Below, piece by piece: positions 1 through 9,154 of a DNA stretch of 64,000 bases. Each line of letters starts with the position of its first letter. Positions within the stretch are counted from its first letter, which is position 1. The translations under genes and the position numbers were made by a program. Location: positions 15,250-79,249 of the forward strand of contig CAYVUB010000008.1 of the NCBI GenBank assembly GCA_964454675.1. Direction: 5' to 3'. The stretch is from an uncultured Flavobacteriaceae bacterium (GTDB taxonomy: Bacteria > Bacteroidota > Bacteroidia > Flavobacteriales > Flavobacteriaceae). The notes beneath the pieces are model-generated. The model had not been told where the DNA came from and did no database searches. It worked only from the letters and a program-made list of their open reading frames with translations.

Positions 1-646
1 TGGTATAGATACCGCTTTTCTCTACGGATTTCCATTCTACCTTTTCTAAATTGCTAAGGAATAGTATTGGCTGAAACAGATTATCTAATTTTGTTTCTAT
101 TTCATCGTATGCTTCTTCCGGTGTTTTTGAATTGTGGTTAAAAGGGAAATAAAATAGTGTCTCTCCCTTTTTTCTATCCTCACCGTTTGGTGTTAATGCG
201 ATTGGAACAATGTAGTTTTCTAATTTGAAATTGAATTGTTCATCGTAAATGTGTGGTGTGCCACTGTAAGCAAAAACCGCTTTAAAACCAATACCGAATT
301 TCCCAATCTTTTGTTCGTCAATTTTTGTAGAATTACCAATAGAAGTAATGGAATTGATATGCCCTAATTTACCGCCTTCGGAATCTTGTTCTTCATTATC
401 AGGGTCTGAAATAGTAAAACGTACTGAACCATTATGTTTAAACCATAAACCGTCCTCTGTTAAATCAAACTTTACCCAAGTGGCTTTTGCATCATCAGCA
501 TTTTGTAGTAATTCATAAACGAAGTGTGCAGAATCAGAATATTTTTTAATTGCCGTTTCCCAAATACCACGATAGGATTTTTTTAATAAGACTTTTACGT
601 CATTATTTTTTATCTCTTGTAGGGTTGCAAAGTATTGTTGTTCCAT
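1..646 (-). CDS. GHKL (Bergerat-fold) ATPase with sacsin/Hsp90-like N-terminal domain; only the 5' part is present, the ORF continues past the window start
   Basis: Hand translation of the minus strand from ATG (cat at 644-646) gives MEQQYFATLQEIKNND.... It contains the N-box YELLQNADDA and the G-box GKFGIGFKAVF. There is no stop before position 1. It is absent from the ORF track because it is open-ended. Confidence 0.7.
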   Translation of the reverse strand, partial: MEQQYFATLQEIKNNDVKVLLKKSYRGIWETAIKKYSDSAHFVYELLQNADDAKATWVKFDLTEDGLWFKHNGSVRFTISDPDNEEQDSEGGKLGHINSITSIGNSTKIDEQKIGKFGIGFKAVFAYSGTPHIYDEQFNFKLENYIVPIALTPNGEDRKKGETLFYFPFNHNSKTPEEAYDEIETKLDNLFQPILFLSNLEKVEWKSVEKSGIYT

Positions 647-668
647 TGGATTTTTAGATTTGAGATAA

Positions 669-3428
669 TTAGACTTTAAGGTCGCTTACAGAACCCACTA
701 CACGATAATTAACGTCGTCAATTACTGCAAAATGTTTTTCGGCACATTCGATTTTCATTCTTTCGGTATCTCTGAGTAATGTTCTGTCTTTGGCAGCTTT
801 AGGGTCTTTGGTTTCTGCTACGAAATAGATTTTGGTTTCTTCGCCGTCCTCTTTTTTAATCAATGCCCAATCGGGATTATAATTGCCAATAGGTGTTTTG
901 ATTTGAAACTTACCCGGCAGTTTTACATAGAAAATAATATCATCACGGCTATCGCAATCCTCGGCAAATTTCTTTTCAGGACTACTTAGCGAATCAATCA
1001 CTACATAGTTATAAATGGTCTTTGCTTGTTTTTTTACTTCAATCAAATTATCCAAATACTGTTCTATTTCAGCAGCTTCAAACAATTTCATTTCATATAC
1101 CTGCCCTGCGATTTTCTCGTATTCAATACCATTGATTTTTATTCTGTCAAATTCGTGCTTGATTACTCGTACCACGCTATCCATAAACAACTGAGGATTG
1201 TTGAAGATTTCACCTACACGCCCCGACTCTAAAATAATTTTTGTAATAGTGTCTCTTGTAAGTTCTGTTTTGGATTGTATGTACGCTACAAAATCAGGAA
1301 TTTCATAAGCCACTTCTTTAATGGCTTTTACTTTAGAACCTGTTTGTGTACCGCCTATTTCTACTAACCGACCTTCTCTATCTCTTACAAATTTGGTAAT
1401 GTGCTTATCCCTGTAAATTTCAGGCTTCGCAATAGTTTCCATTTTCTTTACAGCATTTGCACAATTTTTTATTAGCTGTTCTGTACTGTAATCTACTTTG
1501 TATTCTGTACGGTATTTTATCTTTTCCCACAACTCTAAGAATAGGGCATCATCTAACCATTTATCTTTTAACTGAACCTGCTTACGCTCTCTTGCGTTTT
1601 TTATTCTGCCTTCAAATTTTACTCCGCAATCTTCTTCAATTTCGCTTTGTAATGCTTTTGAAAAAGCTTCGTAAGATTCATTGGCTATCACTGTAAGGCG
1701 GTTAATTGGTCGGTCTGTATTTCTTGCTCCGCTTTGGTCAACGCATAAACGCAAACCACGCCCAATTTCCTGACGTTTCTTAACATCAGACTTGGTTTCA
1801 TTCAACGTACAAATTTGAAATACATTCGGATTATCCCAACCTTCTCTTAAAGCGGAATGGCTGAATATAAAACGCAATGGTGTATTAATATCCAATAACC
1901 TTTCTTTATCCTGCATTATCAGTTTAAACGTTTCATCATCGGCTTTTGTAGATTTGCCCTCCTTAGAATCCTTAAACTTACCTTTATCCTGACTGAAATA
2001 ACCGTCGTGAACTTGCTCAGGTGTAAAGCTGTATAAACCTCTGTAAGCAGGCATATTTTGCCATTTGGTAAAACTTTCTTCAAACCATTCTGCAAATTTT
2101 CCTTTTACTGCAATACCCTGTTCATCGTAACTTCTATAATTGGCAACACGGTCTATAAAAAATATGGACAATACTTTTATTCCTTTTGCTCTTAATTCTT
2201 TTTCCTTTTTAAAGTGGTTTTCTACAGTAGCATCAACCATTTCTTTTAGTATATGGTCGGTTAAACCGCCTACTGCCTGACCTTTGTACACGATTTGACC
2301 ACTCGAAAATTCTATGTAACCATTATCTGCATCCATTTCATTAATTACATAGCCGTCTTTATAAATATCCCAACCATTGGATAATTTGTATAAATCATCG
2401 CCCACTTTGGCAGATATCTGCTTTTTGTTTACACCGCCTTTTTCGTTTACAAACACCGTAAGCTTTGCGGTAATAGATTGTTTCGCTGTACGAAAACTAT
2501 CTACACTTATAAATGCCCCTGAACTGTCGTTTCTTGATATAACGGAATCTACTTCTATCTGCTTTACTAATCCTAAATCGTATGCTTTAACCGGGTCTAA
2601 CTTGTAAATAAGGTTGTACAGATTTTTATGCGTAGCAGAATAGCGAAGTGTAAATAGTGGATTGAGGTTTGTAATCGCCTTTTTACGAATGTCGGTTTCC
2701 ATATTCTGTGGCTCGTCTATAATTACAATAGGATTAGATTTTTGTATGTACTCAATTGGTTTTACCCCTGTTTCCCTTATCTGATTGATTACATTGGCAT
2801 CCTTTGTAAAACTATCAATATTGATTACCAAAATCTGAATAGCATTACTCTTGGCAAAGTTTCCTAAATCGGTAATTCTGCCTGAATCATATACTTTGAA
2901 TTCAGCAGGTTGGTTTTCGTAGATTTCCTGAAAGTGTTCAAATGTAATTTGAAGACTTTTTAAAACGCCTTCACGAATGGCAACCGAAGGCACTACAATC
3001 ACAAATTTTTTGAAGCCATATACTTTATTCAGTTCGTAAATGCTTCTGAGATAGACATAGGTTTTACCTGTACCTGTTTCCATTTCTACAGAAAAGTTGG
3101 GATAAGGTGCTATAATGGTTTTGCCTTCAACCACACCTTTAATATCTGTATCATCGTTGTACCACAATTTTTCTAATTGTGTGGAAGCATCACCGTTTTT
3201 AAGATTGTTGTTTTCCTGTACTTTGATAAGGTTTGCCGTAATTTCTTCTTCTGTAAGAGTAAGGTTATTGCCTACGCCCGATTCTGTAAATATTAAACTA
3301 CCGCTATTGCTATCGGTAAATGAAAATTCAAAATCTGAATTATTCAAATGCTGCCCTTCCAACAAATCAATTACAGATTGAATGGCTTGTAGTTGGTATT
3401 CTTGATTTTTATCGAATTGTAATTTCAT
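669..3428 (-). CDS. res: Type III restriction enzyme Res subunit (SF2 helicase plus C-terminal PD-(D/E)xK nuclease)
   Basis: 919 aa. Helicase motif I METGTGKTYVY, motif II IIDEPQN, motif III YSATH, motif VI QEIGRGLRL. C-terminal nuclease motif NPDWALI...YFVAETKD. Lies in an operon with a DPPY methyltransferase. Confidence 0.85.
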   Translation of the reverse strand: MKLQFDKNQEYQLQAIQSVIDLLEGQHLNNSDFEFSFTDSNSGSLIFTESGVGNNLTLTEEEITANLIKVQENNNLKNGDASTQLEKLWYNDDTDIKGVVEGKTIIAPYPNFSVEMETGTGKTYVYLRSIYELNKVYGFKKFVIVVPSVAIREGVLKSLQITFEHFQEIYENQPAEFKVYDSGRITDLGNFAKSNAIQILVINIDSFTKDANVINQIRETGVKPIEYIQKSNPIVIIDEPQNMETDIRKKAITNLNPLFTLRYSATHKNLYNLIYKLDPVKAYDLGLVKQIEVDSVISRNDSSGAFISVDSFRTAKQSITAKLTVFVNEKGGVNKKQISAKVGDDLYKLSNGWDIYKDGYVINEMDADNGYIEFSSGQIVYKGQAVGGLTDHILKEMVDATVENHFKKEKELRAKGIKVLSIFFIDRVANYRSYDEQGIAVKGKFAEWFEESFTKWQNMPAYRGLYSFTPEQVHDGYFSQDKGKFKDSKEGKSTKADDETFKLIMQDKERLLDINTPLRFIFSHSALREGWDNPNVFQICTLNETKSDVKKRQEIGRGLRLCVDQSGARNTDRPINRLTVIANESYEAFSKALQSEIEEDCGVKFEGRIKNARERKQVQLKDKWLDDALFLELWEKIKYRTEYKVDYSTEQLIKNCANAVKKMETIAKPEIYRDKHITKFVRDREGRLVEIGGTQTGSKVKAIKEVAYEIPDFVAYIQSKTELTRDTITKIILESGRVGEIFNNPQLFMDSVVRVIKHEFDRIKINGIEYEKIAGQVYEMKLFEAAEIEQYLDNLIEVKKQAKTIYNYVVIDSLSSPEKKFAEDCDSRDDIIFYVKLPGKFQIKTPIGNYNPDWALIKKEDGEETKIYFVAETKDPKAAKDRTLLRDTERMKIECAEKHFAVIDDVNYRVVGSVSDLKV

Positions 3429-4148
3429 TTAACTGCCCTTTTTATATCCAACATTTTCAATTTCTTTAAATATTCCTCTTGCATCAAGTGCTTCTGATAA
3501 TTTAATTACTTTGTAATTACTTTTTACAGCAAATGAATCATCATCATAAGGGGTAAGAGAAGTGTTAATTCCGTATTGTATCATCATATCCCAAGTTGAA
3601 CCGCCTACTAAAGAAAATACTACTTCATCAGCAGTTAATAAGTCTTTTTTTTGAGTATCAAATAAAACACACAAATAGAAGTTCTTTTGTATTTCTCCTG
3701 GCTTTATGGAATTTGAATAAGGACCAATGTTTTTAAAATTTGCATAGTTATTACAGATAGCGAATTTTACCCCTTTGTACGGAAATGAAGAACGCACTTC
3801 AAGTTTTTCGCCGTTACTTAATTGAATGTCTATTTGTATCGAAGCATCAGTAAAGGGGGTAGGCGATGCAATTTCACCAAAAACGGCATTAATAGCTTTT
3901 TCCCAACCATACTCGGCACACAATCCGCCAAAAGAATCTATTATTCTTCTTGAATAATTGCGTTCATATTCACTTTGATTAGCAGCCCCTTTGTTTACAA
4001 TTTTTGCAAGCTGTTCTGCTCTGGAAAGAATGTCTTTGTATTCATCAGAGCCTTTTTTTAACACGCACCGAAGAATATAAAATGAACGCTTTGAATAACT
4101 TTGATTTGGCGGATTTTGGCACTCAATCGTTTCTCTGTTTATTTCCAT
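3429..4148 (-). CDS. Hypothetical 239-aa protein wedged between mod and res; possible PD-(D/E)xK-like fold
   Basis: Intact ORF. Its stop codon directly abuts the res start codon. Segment IQIDIQLSNGEKLEVRSS followed by FYLCVLFD resembles a D...ExK/R nuclease core. I recognise no named family. Confidence 0.6.
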   Translation of the reverse strand: MEINRETIECQNPPNQSYSKRSFYILRCVLKKGSDEYKDILSRAEQLAKIVNKGAANQSEYERNYSRRIIDSFGGLCAEYGWEKAINAVFGEIASPTPFTDASIQIDIQLSNGEKLEVRSSFPYKGVKFAICNNYANFKNIGPYSNSIKPGEIQKNFYLCVLFDTQKKDLLTADEVVFSLVGGSTWDMMIQYGINTSLTPYDDDSFAVKSNYKVIKLSEALDARGIFKEIENVGYKKGS

Positions 4149-4159
4149 AAATAATTAAC

Positions 4160-6040
4160 TTATATTGATTTAAACTCAATGTTATTATCTTGTAGCTTTA
4201 ATTGAATATTGGTTTTTAAGCAATCTTCATTATTAAAAGTACTGTCTAAACAAATGAATTGAGTTGGTTTTAATTCTAATAGCTTCTCTACAACTTTATC
4301 AGAAACTTTTGAAAAGCTGAAACAAAGTTTGTTGTTCATTGTTAAGTACAATAAAGTGGAATCAACTTCTAAAGCAATAACCTTTGAATTAAGAGAAGTG
4401 CCGTTTTTCAACAATAATTCCCATAGTAAATTATATTCTTTACTGTTTTCCTTTTCTGCCTTTTTAAATAAATCTATTTGTAGGTTCAAATTTTCAATAT
4501 CGTCAATGTAAGCCCCTCTCCATATTTTGAAATTTGATGATGATAATTTGAAAAACCTAAAACCTATTGGTTTTTCTTCTTCAAATTTCAACTCTGATGA
4601 ACTGTTTCTTTCTATTGACTTAATTACGTTTGTAAGACGTACTTTAGTAATATCAGAAATAAATTTATACCCATTTTTTGCAGCTATGCTACCTTCTTCA
4701 ACTACTTCTGGCAATTGAACTAAAATGAACTTTAAAGACTTGTTTTCATCTTTATTTAACTCTAAAACCGCTTGTCCTGTTGAACCTGAACCTGCAAAAA
4801 AATCCAAAACATATTCATTGTCGGAATCGCCGATACCTATGTTGATTAGTAGTTTTAAGAGTTCAATTGGTTTTGGATTATTAAAAATGTTGGCAACACC
4901 TAAAATTTGAGTGAGTGCCTGTTTCCCTTGGCTATTCCTTGCCTCATTAAGAAACATTGACCTCGGAACTTTCTTTTTTTCATCTCCATCTTCGGCATTA
5001 AGGTATAGCTTGTATTCAACTGTCCATTTACCTTTAGTATCTTCTCTTATTAAGATTCTATCATCATCTAATGCTTCAAGAAAAGATTTCTCCTCCCATT
5101 TCCATTCGCCAAATAAGTCCGAACCATCAGGCATCTTTATATTATATTGAAGACCTGGTCTTGGGTCATCGGGACGCATTCTGTAAAAAGATTTTGTCTT
5201 ATAAGGACCTAATGTATCATAGTGTTTATCTTTAAATTTGTATTGGGAAATATCAGCTGTATTTAAAGGAAGACGAAGTTTTTGGATAGCGGATAGGTTT
5301 TTTGCATAACACAAAATATACTCGTGATCAACAGCGAAGTATTTAGAATCATTACCGCCTCCTGCGTGTCTTTGCCAAATAATTTCTTGAACATAATTTT
5401 CTTCTCCGAAAATTTCATCCATCAATAATTTAAGATTTGAAATTTCATTCTGGTCAATATTCACGAAAATCAAACCATCATCTTTTAGTAAATTTCTTGC
5501 AAGAAATAAACGGGGCAGCATCATTGATAACCAATTTGAATGAAATTGTCCATTCTCTTTTCTATTAGGTTTAAAAAAACCTTCCTTCATTAAAAATCCT
5601 TCATCGTCTTTTTCGCCTAATCGTTTTAAATATTCTTCTTTGGTTTCAGAAAACTTATCGGGATAAATAAAACTATCAGAACCTGTATTATAGGGCGGAT
5701 CAATACATATAACTTTTATTTTACCATAATAAGATTTTTGAAGCAACTTTAGAACTTCTAAATTTTCACCTTCGATTAAAACATTATCTGAAATATCCCA
5801 ATTTAAAGATTCAGAAACGTTTGGATTTAATGTTGAGGTAGAAGGTGCTTGTAAAACTTTATACGCTTCGTTTTTCCCTGCCCAATTCAATTGGTAGCGT
5901 TCGGTATCGGTATTAATATCTTCACCTAAAAGTTGCTTTAGCTGCTCAATGTTCAGTTTATCTTCGGTAAAAGCACCGGGGATAATTTCTTTCAACTTCG
6001 TAATAAGGTCTTGGGTAATATTGAGTGATTGTCCGTCCAT
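4160..6040 (-). CDS. mod: Type III R-M Mod subunit (beta-class N6-adenine/N4-cytosine DNA methyltransferase)
   Basis: 626 aa. Motif IV ICIDPPYNTG near the N-terminus and motif I VLDFFAGSGSTGQAV about 300 aa later. This is the beta order typical of type III Mod, with a long variable region between the motifs. Confidence 0.85.
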   Translation of the reverse strand: MDGQSLNITQDLITKLKEIIPGAFTEDKLNIEQLKQLLGEDINTDTERYQLNWAGKNEAYKVLQAPSTSTLNPNVSESLNWDISDNVLIEGENLEVLKLLQKSYYGKIKVICIDPPYNTGSDSFIYPDKFSETKEEYLKRLGEKDDEGFLMKEGFFKPNRKENGQFHSNWLSMMLPRLFLARNLLKDDGLIFVNIDQNEISNLKLLMDEIFGEENYVQEIIWQRHAGGGNDSKYFAVDHEYILCYAKNLSAIQKLRLPLNTADISQYKFKDKHYDTLGPYKTKSFYRMRPDDPRPGLQYNIKMPDGSDLFGEWKWEEKSFLEALDDDRILIREDTKGKWTVEYKLYLNAEDGDEKKKVPRSMFLNEARNSQGKQALTQILGVANIFNNPKPIELLKLLINIGIGDSDNEYVLDFFAGSGSTGQAVLELNKDENKSLKFILVQLPEVVEEGSIAAKNGYKFISDITKVRLTNVIKSIERNSSSELKFEEEKPIGFRFFKLSSSNFKIWRGAYIDDIENLNLQIDLFKKAEKENSKEYNLLWELLLKNGTSLNSKVIALEVDSTLLYLTMNNKLCFSFSKVSDKVVEKLLELKPTQFICLDSTFNNEDCLKTNIQLKLQDNNIEFKSI

Positions 6041-6041
6041 A

Positions 6042-6350
6042 TCAGTTTTTTGTTATTCTTTTTTCAGTTTTTTTAAGTGCTTTGTACGCCATAGGTTCTT
6101 CCTCTACAATATTTAGAATTTTATCAGATAGCCATATAATCATCAGTTCTTCTACCGGTACTTCCAATATCGTAGCTATTTTATTCACCTGTTCTTTTTG
6201 TGCCGTTCGCTCTCCACGCTCTATTTTGCTAATGAGTGCCGTGTCTATCTCCAAAGCTGCTGCTACCTGCCGTAGTAACATTCCTTTGGATTCTCTTATC
6301 TGCCGAATGGTTTCGCCAAAAGTTCTGTCGTACATACGCTGACTTGTCAT
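6042..6350 (-). CDS. XRE-family helix-turn-helix regulator, controller (C-protein)-like, first gene of the R-M operon
   Basis: 102 aa. HTH segment LRQVAAALEIDTALISKIERGERTAQKEQVNKIA. Its stop is 1 nt from the mod start. Confidence 0.8.
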   Translation of the reverse strand: MTSQRMYDRTFGETIRQIRESKGMLLRQVAAALEIDTALISKIERGERTAQKEQVNKIATILEVPVEELMIIWLSDKILNIVEEEPMAYKALKKTEKRITKN

Positions 6351-6357
6351 AATCTGT

Positions 6358-6365
6358 CAAATATA
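6358..6365 (-). promoter_or_regulatory. Bacteroidota -7 promoter box TATATTTG only 7 nt upstream of the XRE ATG (near-leaderless transcript predicted)
   Basis: Minus strand reads TATATTTGACAGATTATG, matching the TAnnTTTG consensus. Confidence 0.45.
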
Positions 6366-6452
6366 CTAATAAAAAACAAGAAAAAGATAATGAGGGGCAA
6401 GAAAAGACTAAAATACTCGGAAACGGATTTTAAGGAAACAAAGGAAAGGCAG

Positions 6453-6488
6453 GAAAACAAAAAAGGAAAGCAGCGTACCACTTTCCTT
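6453..6488 (-). terminator. Rho-independent terminator after the DUF3987 gene, insulating the replication genes from the R-M operon
   Basis: Stem AAGGAAAG (6463-6470) pairs with CTTTCCTT (6481-6488), with a 10-nt loop. On the minus strand it is followed by TTTTTGTTTT. Confidence 0.6.
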
Positions 6489-6519
6489 AATATCCTTAGT
6501 TTCCTGAATTTTTGGTATT

Positions 6520-8229
6520 TCAGGTTTTCAGGTATTGGTTTTGTTTGTCCCTATGCAGTACTCCTTTTTTACAAAAATCCGTTATGTAACCTTCTGCTGT
6601 TTTATCGGGAATAGCCAACTGCTTTGCAACTGCCAAATAATCTTGCCTGCCAAAAGTATTTGGTAAGGCTTCGTAGAAGCGTTCTTTTTGGTTCTTCCGT
6701 TTTGGTTTGGGTGTTTCTTCAGGAAGTTCAGAGAATACTTTACCGGAATGGCGTACCAATACTTTTACCATTGCAATAGCAGTTTGGAAATCTCGGTTTT
6801 CACAAATCAGTTTAGGTGAAACTTCGCCGTGTTCCATAATACGCAATGCAGTAAGCACCATACATAAGCGAAAAGCAATCAACCCTAATCTGCGAATGGT
6901 AGCCATATAATCTAAACCCTGCAAGGCAATATGTGTACTATGCAAATGGTCAAAGAATTGATTGAATTGCTGCTGCTGTTCTGCTGAAAAGCAAAATTGT
7001 AATTCCGACCCATTGGATAATGTTTGGTACAAATTGAAAAACTCATTGCCTAAGTTTTGGAAATAATCATCTAACCCATTGCTGCTATCAAATGCAAATA
7101 CGTCTTTCCAATCAAGATTTACATTCATAAAATAGAAAATAAACCGACTGAACAAGCCATTTTCCGCATTGGGAATAAGCGTAGCAATTTGCTTGGGTGT
7201 ACCTGAAAGTACGGTTGATAAACAAGGTGCTTCAATGTCTGCATATTCTCTATCTGTACGGCGGTAATAGGAAATGGTTTCGTGGTGAAATGCTTTACGA
7301 AAACCTTCGCTGTAATTGCCATAATCACTTTTGAATGCTTGTGCTAAAGTATCGCCTTCGGTTTCAAACATTAGTCCTCTACTTTCGTTCTCGCTTAATA
7401 ACTGATACACTCCTGTAGTACTATTATTCGCAGGGATGAACAGCATTTTTTCAGGCGGTTTGTTGGGCTTCTCAATATTCGCATCTTTTCCTTTGGCTTG
7501 GTTGTAATCTAACATTTGCATATCGTATTGCTGCTTCAACATTTTGGCTTGCTCCCTTAAATGAAGATGAACTGGTTTTACCAATTGCTTACAATGTAAC
7601 AATCTGCCTTTACCTGCTGATGCCTGGGCGGTAATGAATAAATACAAATTAGCAAAGACTTTTTTGCCGTCATAAATGCCGTATAGCTTATGCAAACAAG
7701 CACCAAGACTAACAATGCTACCTAATATCAACAAATCTTTTTCTTCATCCGATTTTGCAATATTGATAACTGACTTTAAAAATTCAGGAAGATTATTATA
7801 CACCTGTTGCCCTAAAGTTGGTAAAACTTCACGTTGTACTTCTTCTTTGTACTCGGTTGGTATTAATTTTATCCCTGCCTGCTTTGCGTGAAAGAAGAAT
7901 GTTGCAAGGGTAATGCCTGTTCCATTTGCCTGTAAGCATTTATTGAATTGTGCATCACAATCTGTAGCTGTATAATCAGAATAAAAGCGACTAATCCTAT
8001 GAAAATATTCTCTGCCACTTTCACCAAAAGCATCGGCAAAGGCAAAGCCAATATCCCGCCAATCGGCATAAGCAGAAGCAATATCCAAATTCTTAGCTTC
8101 TATTTCCTGAATTACTTTTTCAAGTTGTTCATTGTCCGGCAATACATTTTTCTGTAACTGTACCGGCTCTACCATATTCTGCTTTGGTTTTTCTAACCAT
8201 TCAGAAGGTATAAATTCTTTCTTTGCCAT
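6520..8229 (-). CDS. PriCT-2 / DUF3987-type P-loop protein (primase-associated helicase-like replication protein of Bacteroidota mobile elements)
   Basis: N-terminal ADWRDIGFAFADAFGESGREYFHRISRFYSDY is PriCT-2-like. P-loop-like ITAQASAGKGRL. Start moved to MAKKEF (ATG at 8229), which sits 1 nt after the upstream stop at 8231-8233. The 8316 start in the track would overlap the upstream gene by 86 nt. Confidence 0.7.
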   Translation of the reverse strand: MAKKEFIPSEWLEKPKQNMVEPVQLQKNVLPDNEQLEKVIQEIEAKNLDIASAYADWRDIGFAFADAFGESGREYFHRISRFYSDYTATDCDAQFNKCLQANGTGITLATFFFHAKQAGIKLIPTEYKEEVQREVLPTLGQQVYNNLPEFLKSVINIAKSDEEKDLLILGSIVSLGACLHKLYGIYDGKKVFANLYLFITAQASAGKGRLLHCKQLVKPVHLHLREQAKMLKQQYDMQMLDYNQAKGKDANIEKPNKPPEKMLFIPANNSTTGVYQLLSENESRGLMFETEGDTLAQAFKSDYGNYSEGFRKAFHHETISYYRRTDREYADIEAPCLSTVLSGTPKQIATLIPNAENGLFSRFIFYFMNVNLDWKDVFAFDSSNGLDDYFQNLGNEFFNLYQTLSNGSELQFCFSAEQQQQFNQFFDHLHSTHIALQGLDYMATIRRLGLIAFRLCMVLTALRIMEHGEVSPKLICENRDFQTAIAMVKVLVRHSGKVFSELPEETPKPKRKNQKERFYEALPNTFGRQDYLAVAKQLAIPDKTAEGYITDFCKKGVLHRDKQNQYLKT

Positions 8230-8230
8230 T

Positions 8231-9154
8231 TTATGAAATGTATTTAGGGTTAATGAATACCTCTGCATCGTGTGCAAGGAAACAAGCTCTTGAAACGTCT
8301 TTACCTGAATGGTCAATTTCCAAACCGTAGGTTTGTTTTATGTAGCTTGCTATTGCCCTGAAATAATCCTGATGCGTGGCTTTTGTAATGTCTATTGGAA
8401 TAATCCATTTGATGCCGTCGCCCGAAGGGGAAACAAATAATAATTCTGTATCAAAATAATCATCGTCCAAAAGTTTTACTCTTAATTCAGGAATGTTACT
8501 AATGTGGTCAAAGTCAATGGTAATAAGCCCTGAATGCTTTATTAACGCACTATCTGTTCTTTTGGAAAATGAACCTGAGAAAGTAACATAATCAAATGCA
8601 GACGCCTTGTACTTTCTTGCTTCCTGCTTATCCGAAATGCTTCTTAGCTTTTCAGTTATTGCCTTATTCCTATCACTTTTAAGTAAATGATATACCTCTA
8701 AAAGTGTAAGCGTATTATTTGGATTTGTGTTGGTAACGGGTGCGGAAAAATAGCTGAACGAAGGACAAGGAATTACTTTGGGTGTAGCAATCGGGATTTC
8801 TGTACCATAATGTTCTTTGATAATAGGCGGTACGATTTTACCCAACTTCAAATTCATTTCTTCGTTGAGAAATTTCAATAGTTCAATACCTTCTAATTGA
8901 TAATGCCGTGCAGCAAAATCAAAAACATTTCCCGAAGGGAAATTTCCTTCTAAATCTTCGTGAACCGCTACATTATCTACAATTTGAATGTGCAATGTTG
9001 GTTTATCATTATCAAACGGATTTTTAGTGGGTTTACAGTCCCTTCCCGAAAGGGAAAGGACTGTTTCGCCCGGATAATAATGGGACAAAATCCGTGAATA
9101 AATCTTTAAACCATAATGGGTTTTCCACAATACAGATTTCTTATTTAGTTCCAT
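8231..9154 (-). CDS. BT4734/VirE_N-like primase domain protein
   Basis: 307 aa. ITIDFDH...LLFVSPSGDGIKWIIPI...SGKDVSRACFLAHD matches the pattern of the Bacteroidota VirE N-terminal/BT4734 family. Paired with the DUF3987 gene. Confidence 0.6.
   Translation of the reverse strand: MELNKKSVLWKTHYGLKIYSRILSHYYPGETVLSLSGRDCKPTKNPFDNDKPTLHIQIVDNVAVHEDLEGNFPSGNVFDFAARHYQLEGIELLKFLNEEMNLKLGKIVPPIIKEHYGTEIPIATPKVIPCPSFSYFSAPVTNTNPNNTLTLLEVYHLLKSDRNKAITEKLRSISDKQEARKYKASAFDYVTFSGSFSKRTDSALIKHSGLITIDFDHISNIPELRVKLLDDDYFDTELLFVSPSGDGIKWIIPIDITKATHQDYFRAIASYIKQTYGLEIDHSGKDVSRACFLAHDAEVFINPKYIS

Noticed and set aside
3645-4980. Homopolymer tracts in the R-M genes (T8 at 3645-3652 in ORF239, T7 at 4053-4059, T7 at 4974-4980 in mod, T7 at 1029-1035 in res) as possible phase-variation switches.
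   Set aside because: Runs of 7-8 A/T are common in this AT-rich sequence and shorter than the tracts that usually drive phase-variable type III mod genes. No multi-copy tetra- or pentanucleotide repeats are present. Worth checking only if population sequencing is available.
8230-8316. N-terminal extension of the DUF3987 gene (track start 8316).
   Set aside because: It would overlap the upstream primase gene by 86 nt. ATG 8229 (MAKKEF) sits 1 nt after the upstream stop, giving a normal operon junction.
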